Shown here one piece after another: positions 45,844 to 54,307 of a DNA stretch of 55,743 bases (position 1 is the first letter of the stretch; every line of letters starts with the position of its first letter). The notes beneath the pieces are model-generated. The model was not told the DNA's origin and did not search any database. It worked only from the letters and a program-made list of their open reading frames with translations. The position numbers were made by a program, and so were the translations under genes. The stretch comes from a virus (taxonomy: Duplodnaviria > Caudoviricetes): IMG/VR virus record IMGVR_UViG_3300020201_000023, positions 1 through 55,743 of that record; one strand, given 5' to 3'.

Positions 45844-46346
45844 TAGTCTTTCTTCTCGGGGAGTGCCGCCGGCACATCGACCGCGAGGAATTTGCGCTTG
45901 CGAACGAGCACGCTCAGCGCGCCGATCTTCGCCAACGAGTTCAGTTGCATCGCCGCCGCGCCGGCGTCGAGCTTGCTCCGGTCCACGTTCACGAGCAACG
46001 CCGCGCTCGACTTCATGCCCTTGCGCACGCTGCTCTCGAGTTTGTCGCGCCCGTGCGTGATCTGGTCCACCGGCGACAGGACTTCGTAGCCTTTGCCGGG
46101 CACGCTCTTGATGTCGATGTGGTGCTCGGTGAGCAGCGCGTTGCGCAGCCCGTCCATCTGCGAACAGTAGCGAAGCTCGAGCCGCTGATGGTCGGCTGAC
46201 GTGATGAGCTCGTCCGGCTTGGGCGTCCTGATCCGCAGTTGCGACCTCAGCCATTCGTGCGTGTAGATCGTCCCCGGCGAATGGTCGCCTTCGATGATGA
46301 TCTTCGCCACCGCAAGATAGTCCGGATAGAGTTCTGTGTCTGCCAT
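45843..46346 (-). CDS. Accessory protein of the repeat locus (winged-helix-like)
   Basis: RBS AGGAGG. LRNALLTEHHIDIKSVPGKGYEV resembles a wHTH recognition helix plus wing. Flanked by arrays. Confidence 0.75.
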   Translation of the reverse strand: MADTELYPDYLAVAKIIIEGDHSPGTIYTHEWLRSQLRIRTPKPDELITSADHQRLELRYCSQMDGLRNALLTEHHIDIKSVPGKGYEVLSPVDQITHGRDKLESSVRKGMKSSAALLVNVDRSKLDAGAAAMQLNSLAKIGALSVLVRKRKFLAVDVPAALPEKKD

Positions 46347-46377
46347 TCGCCGCCTCCTGTTGATTCGGACCCGTGTC

Positions 46378-46591
46378 CCCTTGGTTCGCCTCGCCAGGCC
46401 GTGCCACGCCTCGCCGCGCCCCGCCTCGCCCCGCCCTGCCGCGCCGTGCCCGGCCGCGCCTTGGCCGCCAGCGGAGGTATCGAGCCTCCGCTGGCGGGTA
46501 CTGCCCTTGGTTCGCCTTGCCTGTCCGCGCCACGCCAGACCTCGCCATGCCGCGCCTCGCCCCGCCGTGCCGAGCCTCGCCCAGCCTAGTC
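46378..46591 (-). ncRNA. Putative guide-RNA block 2: arrays A4 (46512-46586, 15 pentamers) and A5 (46386-46460, 15 pentamers) separated by a minihelix
   Basis: Same unit structure; hairpin at 46462-46496. Confidence 0.8.
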
Positions 46592-47164
46592 CTAGATCAC
46601 CTCGAACCGTCCGAAGCGCGGACGATACTGGCCGATCCCTTCGTATTGCCCCGCCGACTTCGCGTAGTCTCGGAGCTGCTCTTCACTCACCAGCGCCGGG
46701 TCGAAGAAGAGCGGACACGACACTTCCCACTCGGGGAAGACCGCACGCGTGCGCAGCAACGCACCGCCGCCGTTGTTCTTGATCGCGCGCTTGTCGACGT
46801 AGCGGCCTGACGCCCACATCGCCTCCAGCGTGCGCGGCCCATCGTACTTGATGGCGCACTTGTCATCGACGTTCTGGATCGCGCGGTTGACCGTCATGCC
46901 CATCTTCGTCAGCTTCGCGCCGTTGCGAATGCACCGCGTGATGTTCCACCCAGGGATGAAAGGGCCGACCTTGTCGTCGAAGCTCTGCGCCATCGCCATG
47001 CGCCATTCGATGTGCTGGATCTCGAGCTTCTGGTCGTCCGACTTCTTGCGGACGTCGGTGAGCTTTTTCAGCTCGCGCGAGATGGGGTGGAACGGGTCGA
47101 GTCCCACCGTGCCAGTCGGCATCATCGGCGCAGTCCCGCGAATCTTCAGCTGCATGATTTCCAT
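46592..47164 (-). CDS. RAMP / Cas7-like RNA-binding protein (candidate effector)
   Basis: N-terminal strand LKIRGTAPMM, PFIPGWNITRCIRNGA (cf. RAMP PxIPGSSLKGxLR), thumb region RTRAVFPEWEV, C-terminal G-rich loop GIGQYRPRFGRFEV. Confidence 0.8.
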   Translation of the reverse strand: MEIMQLKIRGTAPMMPTGTVGLDPFHPISRELKKLTDVRKKSDDQKLEIQHIEWRMAMAQSFDDKVGPFIPGWNITRCIRNGAKLTKMGMTVNRAIQNVDDKCAIKYDGPRTLEAMWASGRYVDKRAIKNNGGGALLRTRAVFPEWEVSCPLFFDPALVSEEQLRDYAKSAGQYEGIGQYRPRFGRFEVI

Positions 47165-47227
47165 GTGTCGTCTTCCTGTCCGCCCGTGAGGGCCATTGCG
47201 TTGTCCGTCCTACGTCGGCCCCATGGC

Positions 47228-47549
47228 CCCTTGGTTCGCGTTGCCGGGCCGGGCCCCGCCTCGCCAAGCCCGGCCACGCCGAGCCTCGATTGGCCGACGC
47301 GCGGGGTATTGAGCCCCACGCGCCGGGTGCTTCCCTTGGTTCGCCTGGCCAAGCCCGGCCCCGCCATGCCTCGCCACGCCCCGCTGCGCCAAGCCTCGCC
47401 GTGATTGGTCACCACCGCAGGTATTGAGCCCGCGGTGGCGATACTTCCCTTGCCTTGCCACGCCAGGCCCCGCCCGGCCGAGCCGTGCCCCGCCGTGCCC
47501 AGCCCAGCCCAGCCACGCCTCGCCATGCCACGCCGAGCCCTGCCACGCC
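47228..47549 (-). ncRNA. Putative guide-RNA block 1: arrays A1 (47450-47549, 20 pentamers), A2 (47341-47400, 12), A3 (47236-47285, 10) separated by minihelices
   Basis: Strict 5-nt period GGC-NN; hairpins at 47406-47440 and 47291-47325. Confidence 0.8.
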
Positions 47550-47565
47550 TCACTCCGACTCCAAC

Positions 47566-47594
47566 CATCTAGCGCGTCCGCGATGCGCCGTCAA
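47566..47594 (-). promoter_or_regulatory. sigma70-like promoter of the repeat/RAMP locus
   Basis: TTGACG-N17-TAGATG ending 16 bp upstream of the first pentamer. Confidence 0.6.
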
Positions 47595-47607
47595 GCGCGG
47601 CTGCATC

Positions 47608-48657
47608 TTATTTCGCAGATAGTACGACGCGCGCCCGAGGCACCGTGTCCGCCATCCGCCACGCATCGATCTCCGCGCGCACCGCTTCGACCGTCGAAGT
47701 GTGCCGGCGTTTTCGAACCGGCAGCGGGTCGACTTCCCGATCGGCGAGCCGGATGGCCGTGCGGTGCGATACCCGCGCGTAATCGGCGATTGCCTTCCAT
47801 CCGAAGAGATCCGTGAGCGGTCCATGAGACATCGTCGTGTACCTCCGGTCGAGCGGTACCAGCCCGCGCGAATGCAGCCGTGCAAACATCTCGCGCAGCC
47901 CCGAGCTTTGCAGCTCGGCGACGTGCGGCTCCGACACATGGCGGCCGAACACGCGCGAGGCGTGCGCGGCAACCTGCTCCAGTCCCGGCAGGTCGTACGG
48001 CTTGAACATGTCGCCGGCCTCGCGCGCCGGTCGGCCTCGCACTGACACGCGCGCCGCCGGCTTCTGCCGTGTCGGATCCCAGACGCCGCCGCCTTCGTTG
48101 CGCCCCTTGATCGCCGTGTGCGACTGCAACGGCGCGAAGTCGCCCTCGATGCCGAACACCGCCCAGAGCACGACTCGCCGCGCTTGGTCGCCGGTGAGCT
48201 CGAGCGTGGAAGTCGCGATCGTCGCGCACCAGCCCGAGGCGAACACGAGCGCCCAATCGCGTTCGACGAACACGACGCGTTCAGCCGCGCGCTGCCCTGC
48301 GTCGCCTACCGCCGTCGTCGACACGCAGCCGCCCGTTGCGTCGTCGCCAATCTTCCAGCACGACCTCAGCGGCGCCCCGTCGAGTCGCGTGTCGATGACG
48401 GCTTGGAGCGCCTGCCGCACGCCGCGGAACTCCGGGCGCGTGCTCTCTCCGCGCTGCTCGCGGCGCTTCATTGCGATCGCCTCGACGGTCGCGCGGTAGT
48501 TCTCCGCGTCGCACTCGGCGGCGCTCACCTCGCGATACGGAAGCGGAGCGAGCGACTCGGCGAGACGCGTCTCGAGGATGATGGACTCGACGTCGTCGAG
48601 CGCCGCCCCGTCGGTGAGCAGCGCCCGCACGTCCACGACCCATCGCGAGCGCGTCAC
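47608..48657 (-). CDS. Hypothetical protein with C-terminal HTH (possible late regulator)
   Basis: LFGWKAIADYARVSHRTAIRL...LPV...AEIDAW, an excisionase-like HTH; last gene of the replication operon. Confidence 0.6.
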   Translation of the reverse strand: MTRSRWVVDVRALLTDGAALDDVESIILETRLAESLAPLPYREVSAAECDAENYRATVEAIAMKRREQRGESTRPEFRGVRQALQAVIDTRLDGAPLRSCWKIGDDATGGCVSTTAVGDAGQRAAERVVFVERDWALVFASGWCATIATSTLELTGDQARRVVLWAVFGIEGDFAPLQSHTAIKGRNEGGGVWDPTRQKPAARVSVRGRPAREAGDMFKPYDLPGLEQVAAHASRVFGRHVSEPHVAELQSSGLREMFARLHSRGLVPLDRRYTTMSHGPLTDLFGWKAIADYARVSHRTAIRLADREVDPLPVRKRRHTSTVEAVRAEIDAWRMADTVPRARVVLSAK

Positions 48658-49586
48658 AGGCGCACCCGCTCGATGACGATCACCGGCTCGACGGCGTACG
48701 CCTCGACTCTGAACGCCTGCACGAAGAGCGCCTCTGTGATCACGCTGCTCGCGTAGTTGATGCGCCACGGGCTAGCCCGCCGCGCCCGCCTCCGTTGCCG
48801 CGCGGTCATCGCGTCACCTTCCCGGTAAACGAAGCCATCACGGCGTCGTCCGCAGGCTCGACAGTGACGAACGTCGGCGACCACCGCGGGTCATCGACGT
48901 ACCACACATCCGACGTGGTGCCGCGCGCCGCGAGGCGCTGCTGCGACTCCATCGCGATCTGCTCGTACGCCCGTTCCGCAGTGGCAAACTGGCTGGCCGT
49001 CATCTTCACCGGCGGTCTCTTGCTCTTGCTCATGCGCATCGCTCGCCTCCGTTTCCGCGCCGTCATCACACGCGCACCAGCGCCGAGACCAGCACCAGGC
49101 CACCAGGCTCGTGCTCGACGCTCTCGATCGTGTAGTGAGCGCCGAGATAGTCGAAGCGCATCAGCGCCAGTTGCGTGCGCTCTTTGACGGTTAGATCCCA
49201 CGCGCTGCCGTGCGTGCGTGATCCGGGCTGTGCGGCCCGTGCTCTTGCGATCGCGGCGTCCATCGACTCGCGCGAGAGCGCCGACGACCAGCGGCTTCCG
49301 TACATGTCTTTCGTGGTCGTCCACGGCGCGAGCACGCTTCGCGCGCGCCTTTGCCGTCGTCGCTGCCGCGCGGTCATCGCTGCACCTTCCCGGTAAACGA
49401 CGTGGTGCCGCGCGGGAGGTCACCGGGCCAGCCGGCTCGCACGATCGCGATCGCGGCGTCCATCGACTCACGAGAGAGCACGGACACGGCAAGGTTGGAG
49501 TACGTGTCCGACGAGTTCCGGGCCGGGCGATCGAACTGGAACCACTGCTCCATGCGCTTCGCCTTGCGTCGTTGCCGCGCGGTCAT
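48654..49586 (-). CDS. Four tandem MTAR(Q/K)RR small genes (48654-48809, 48806-49069, 49066-49377, 49374-49586)
   Basis: Shared N-termini and shared internal or C-terminal blocks; all coupled. Confidence 0.65.
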
Positions 49587-50515
49587 CGCTGCACCTCGGT
49601 TGCTTTCATGCTGTCGTCCATCAGCGCCACGCGCCGCGCGCGCCGCTCCTTGTCGAACGTCGCACGGTCGTACGCGAGCCCATTGCAACCGCGATACAAA
49701 GTCCACATGTGAAAGTCGGCGTTGTCGGCGAGACGCCTTGCGCGTGCGGCGACGCGGCGTGCGTGGCGGTTGGGCCAGCGCATCGGGTCGTCGACAATGA
49801 TGCGGCGCCGTTGGTTGGGCGCCGCCGACTGGGCCGCTATCCTCTCAGGCAGAGAAAGGCACGCCCATCTCACGACATCACCCGCTCGCGCTTCAGAGCC
49901 GCTCGATTGACGCGCGACAGCCGCATCGCCGGCACCGTGCGCCCCGCGCAGTTCCCCGGCTCGCGTTGCTCGGCCGCCGAGTTGCACGCTGATTGCGGCG
50001 TCCACTCAGCGCAGCCGACGCATGCCGCCGCGCTCACGACACCACCCAATCACTCGCCGCCGCCAAAACCTGCGCCTCCGCGTAGTCGTACTCTTCGACG
50101 ATGATGTCGCGCCGCCGCATTTCGTCGCGGTGCTCGGCTACGAGTTCCTCCGCCTCGCACGGCGGATACGTCACCCACGCATCGCACGCGACCGGCAGCG
50201 TGCGCACGACTTCGCCGCGTCCGCTCGCGAGCATCTGCACGGCGTCCTCTTCGGTCTCCGCGCGCACTTTGACCTCGACTACCTTGGTCTCGATTCGGTG
50301 CATCGTGTACGTGTTCATCGCGTCGCCTCCCTTCGCAGCGGACATTCTTGCGGCACGCCGCTCTCGGCTTCGGCGGCGTCGAGGAACCACGGCGAGCCGC
50401 AACCATCCATCATCGGGTGCACACACTCGTAATGTGGCGCGGTTCCCCGCCGAGCGCAGTAGTAGCAGCGCGTGCACGACTCGACGATCGGCAGTCTGCG
50501 CGGCGGCGTTGTCAC
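49583..50515 (-). CDS. Three hypothetical genes (49583-50005, 50034-50318, 50315-50515 Cys-rich)
   Basis: Coupled or RBS-supported ORFs. Confidence 0.5.
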
Positions 50516-50955
50516 TTCGTCCTCCGCTTGCTCGCGCGCGCATCCGGCAGCGCGTCGGTCTTCTTCGCGCGCGTGCGCTTCGGTTTGCCGAGCGGCTCGA
50601 ATATCCCGGTGACGTCCAGCACCTCGACGACCACGACAGGCCCGCGCGCATCCACGGGATACGACCTCACGCGGCCATCGCGTATCTGAGAATCGTCGAG
50701 ATACGCAATCCCGTTAATTGCGTCGGATACAATCTTCCCGCCGTTGTCCCAATCCCACCTGCGTGCGTCTGGCACGTAAACGCGCACGTCGAGCGATACC
50801 GCCCCCGTCAACAGCGGCACCCCCGCCGCTCGCGCAGCCGCTTGGACGACGCGCCGATACGCCGCACGGTCCGCGGCCGTGTACGTGTGTCCGCTCGCCG
50901 ATCGCTGCGCGCGCTTCCACGGCACGATGCGGCCCGGTACCGTGAACGTCGTCAC
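50512..50955 (-). CDS. rusA: RusA-family Holliday junction resolvase
   Basis: FTVPGRIVPWKR, DWDNGGKIVSDAINGIAYLDDSQI. Confidence 0.9.
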   Translation of the reverse strand: MTTFTVPGRIVPWKRAQRSASGHTYTAADRAAYRRVVQAAARAAGVPLLTGAVSLDVRVYVPDARRWDWDNGGKIVSDAINGIAYLDDSQIRDGRVRSYPVDARGPVVVVEVLDVTGIFEPLGKPKRTRAKKTDALPDARASKRRTK

Positions 50956-51682
50956 GCCGGCACCGTCTTGCGCGCCGCGTACTCCGCACGTGACCTGCCC
51001 TGCCGCGCCACTCGAGCGCACCGCGGACCGCAGTAGGCCGAGTGCCCCGCGCGCAGCGGGCGCAGGTACATCGTCCGGCAGCGCTTGCACGGCCGCGGCG
51101 GCTCGTCGCGCAGTTTGCCGCGCCACTCCGCCGACAGCGCGCCGACGTCGATCGGCGTCTCGCGCGCGACCGGCAGCGCTTTGCTGCATGTGCGCGACGC
51201 GAGCGGCCACGCCTTCGACGTGCCGCATCCGAGGCAGCGGACGATCGGCGCGCAGTCGTCTTCCGGCCCGAGTCGCCCGCCGTCTACCCACACGTGTCCG
51301 AGCTCGTCGCGTCTCATGTCGCCGCCTCCTTCGCCGCTCGCTTCGCCGCCGTTGCCGCTCGCTCTCGCTCGGCGTGCCTGACGTTCCACGCCTTCCGCGC
51401 GCACTCTGGCGCGCAGTACCGCGACGCGCCGTGCTTCGAATGATACTCCGCCGCGCACACGCCGCATACGCGATTCGGCACCGCGCCGACGACGATCGCC
51501 GCGAACGGCTTCCGCCACCGCGTGCTGCGCACCGCCTCCGCGTCGACTCGCTCTTCCGCCGCGATCGCCCCGCACTTCGCCTCCGCCTCCGGCCACGTCT
51601 TGCCGACGCCGCACGTCGCGCACACGTAGCGGCGCGTGCCGTCGTCCATCGTGCCGGCAGGCTCCCAGATGTGCTTGGTCAC
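50952..51682 (-). CDS. Two paralogous zinc-finger proteins (50952-51317, 51314-51682)
   Basis: Both follow HxW...CxxCGxxKxWPxAxxxC...CxxC...YCxPxCAR. Confidence 0.65.
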
Positions 51683-52217
51683 GACGCTGCCCTTCGCCGC
51701 TCGGCCGCGAGCACTTCGTTCGCGAGCCGCCCCGCGCGCGCGTTCCCCGTTGTCGCCGCAGGCTTCATCCGCAGGCTCGACGGCGCCACCGGCATGTCCA
51801 GCGGATTCGCCGCGACGTGACACGCCGCGCACGGCAGCGGAAAGAGGCGGTGCGCGGCGCAGTGCGGTGGCAGTTGGCCGCGACTCACTGCGACACCAGC
51901 CGCGGCAACAGCGCCGACCGCTGCGCGGTATCGCCTGCGACGTACTCCGCCGCGAGTTTCGCCGGCACGCGCACCCAGCAGCGGGCGGCGAGATACCACG
52001 TGTGCTCCTCAATATAAATGCAGTACAGGGCAGACGCGAGAATCTCGCACTCACCGACGGCGGTGAGTCGCAGTACCGCCACGTGACTATCCTCGAGCCC
52101 CACGATGAGGTCACCGACGCGCCATCGCTTGGCGCGCACGATCTCGGCCGGCTCCTTCGAGTACCAGCCGAGGGTGCAACGGCGCGGCCCCTTGCAGCGC
52201 GGGTGATGGCGGCTCAC
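51679..52217 (-). CDS. Two hypothetical genes (51679-51888, 51885-52217)
   Basis: GTGA-coupled ORFs. Confidence 0.5.
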
Positions 52218-52782
52218 TGCGCGCCTCGCATCGGACACCACGAAGGCGGCGGGCGCGTCGCATCGACAGCGCGGCCCGTCGCGTGATTTTGCGCGGCGTC
52301 CGGATGCTCGCACCAGTCGTCGTCGTCTTCCACGGTCGCGCACCACGCGCAGTGGTTGCACATCGCGATCACCGGCAGGCGGCGCGGCACGACCGTCGCA
52401 GAGATCGCGGCACGCAGCGCGTCGATCACGGCAAACGCTTCGCGCAGCATCGCGCCGTTCGGCCGCATCGCCGCCCGTCGCAAGCACGCCTCGCGGTCCG
52501 GCTTCACTTCGCACCTCGCATCGGGCACCACGAGGGCGGGTCGCCGTCGTCGAGGATGTCCCGCCAGCGAGCGAAGGCGCCGTGGGTGCACATCGCAGGC
52601 GACTCGACGTCGTTGTCCGCCTCGACGAAGTACGCGCAGTCCACGCACGTCGCGATCACCGGCAGGCGGCGCAGCGCGTCGACCTCGTCGAAGACCTCGC
52701 GCAGCATCGCGCCGGTCAGCTGCACCCACGGCCCCGACGGCGCCGAGACTCTGCGCAGATACGCCTCGCGGTCCGGCTTCAT
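52214..52782 (-). CDS. Two paralogous Cys-rich proteins (52214-52507, 52504-52782)
   Basis: KPDREAxLRR, GAMLRE, RRLPVIAxCxxC and PPSWCPMRGA in both. Confidence 0.7.
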
Positions 52783-53006
52783 CGCGCGCCTCGCCACCGA
52801 GCGCACATCGCCGCTTCCGCCGCCCGCATCTGCGCCGCGCTATGTCGTACACGAGCGGACGGCGACGCGATGAGTCGCGCCATGCCAGGCATCTCCACTC
52901 CAGTGGCGCGGTAGTATGCCTCGAGCGCAAGCGCCTGCATCGTGTACACCCCTGGACCATACAGGGCCGCCGGCTCGAACCCGATATATTCGTCGCGCTT
53001 CGTCAT
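52779..53006 (-). CDS. Hypothetical protein
   Basis: Coupled to the dnaB stop. Confidence 0.5.
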   Translation of the reverse strand: MTKRDEYIGFEPAALYGPGVYTMQALALEAYYRATGVEMPGMARLIASPSARVRHSAAQMRAAEAAMCARWRGAR

Positions 53007-54307
53007 CGCTTCCACCCTCCTTGATGCGGGCTCTCCGGCACTTCGCAATCAACCATCATCCCGCCGTAACTCCGAGAGAAAGCCATCCGCAGTCCGTTGC
53101 TTCCGTTCTTCCCCTTGGCGACCTTCGCCGACACAATCGCGTCGTCGCGCTCCTCGGTACGCCACAGCACGATCACGAGGTCCGACATGTTCGCGAGGTC
53201 TTGCGAGTCGCGAAGGTCGTACTTCGTCGGCTCGCGGTTCGCGTTCTTCTCCATCGTGATTTGCGACGCCGCGATGCCGGGCACGCCGAGCCGCCCGATC
53301 GCCGACTTGAACCGCTGCCCGACCGTCGTCACCGCGCCGCGCGCGTTGTCCGTGCGCGTGCTGCACTCGACCGCGCCGACGTAGTCCAGCATCACCACGT
53401 CGCAACCCTCGCTGCGCACCATGCGCGCTACCTCGCGCGTCACGTCCGCGTCAGTCGCGCCAGGGATGTAAGACACCACGATGCCAGACCGCTCCGGCAT
53501 TGCGCGGCGCGCATCGATCGCGCGGCCCATGCGCCCAATCATGTCCGGGTCAGTCGCCGCTTCCTTGCTGCGAATCATCGAGCCAGGCACGCGGGCCTCG
53601 CGCGCAAGGATGCGATCCTCGATGACGCGCCGCGGATCCTCGACCGAGATATATCCGGGGCGGTACCCGAGCGCGGCCTGCCGTAGCGCAATGTCGAGCA
53701 GCAGCGACGACTTGCCCACGTTCGTGGCCGCGCCGACGATCATCAACTCGCCAGGGCCGATGCCGGTGATCGCGCAGTCGAGCGCCTCGATGCCGGTCGG
53801 GATGAGCCCCTCGGTTGCCGTCGGTGTCATCACGCGGATCGTCGCGCTCTCAATCGCCTCGAGCTGCGTGAAACGATCGACTCGGTCCGCCGAGTGCGCC
53901 TCGAGAGCCGCCGCCAGGTGGACCGTCGCCGCCTCGCCGTCCTCGCGCTCGAGCGCCGACATGGCCAGCCGTGCGTGCTCGCGGCGCCTGCGCAGCGTCG
54001 CCAGCGCCATCACGCGCTCGTGCAGCGTCGGCACGTTCACGAGCAGCGCGCCGCCTGTGGCGAGCTCGTAGACGCCGACCTCGCCGCCGCTGACGTCGAG
54101 CCGCCCAACGCGCCGAAGGTGCGCGATGATGCTCGCCTCCGAGACACGCAGGCGCGCGGTGAGCACGTCCCGCATCGCGTCGGCGATGGCCTCATGCGCT
54201 GGCGTCGACCACGCGTCCGGCGGGCACAGGTGCGCGTCAATGCACCGCGGGTCCGCCAGCATCGCCGCGAGCAGCGCCTTCTCCGCCTCGGCGTCAGAGA
54301 GGCTCAC
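53003..54307 (-). CDS. dnaB: Replicative DNA helicase (DnaB-like)
   Basis: EAEKALLAAML, IPTGIEALD, Walker A GAATNVGKS, MLDY, ASQ, DLRDS...DLVIVLWR. Confidence 0.92.
   Translation of the reverse strand: MSLSDAEAEKALLAAMLADPRCIDAHLCPPDAWSTPAHEAIADAMRDVLTARLRVSEASIIAHLRRVGRLDVSGGEVGVYELATGGALLVNVPTLHERVMALATLRRRREHARLAMSALEREDGEAATVHLAAALEAHSADRVDRFTQLEAIESATIRVMTPTATEGLIPTGIEALDCAITGIGPGELMIVGAATNVGKSSLLLDIALRQAALGYRPGYISVEDPRRVIEDRILAREARVPGSMIRSKEAATDPDMIGRMGRAIDARRAMPERSGIVVSYIPGATDADVTREVARMVRSEGCDVVMLDYVGAVECSTRTDNARGAVTTVGQRFKSAIGRLGVPGIAASQITMEKNANREPTKYDLRDSQDLANMSDLVIVLWRTEERDDAIVSAKVAKGKNGSNGLRMAFSRSYGGMMVDCEVPESPHQGGWKR

Noticed and set aside
45619-47549. Canonical CRISPR array
   Set aside because: The constant element is only about 13 nt, the 'spacers' are themselves 5-nt periodic, and no cas1/cas2 or other cas genes are visible.
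45670-47549. Simple microsatellite or REP-like repeats
   Set aside because: The variable positions are not homogenised, and units have defined 3' motifs and covarying hairpins.
45638-47568. ORFs running through the pentamer arrays (e.g. 45778-46548, 47146-47568, 45689-45877; ARRG/AWQG-rich)
   Set aside because: These are translation artefacts of GGCNN repeats. They overlap better-supported genes and lack an RBS.
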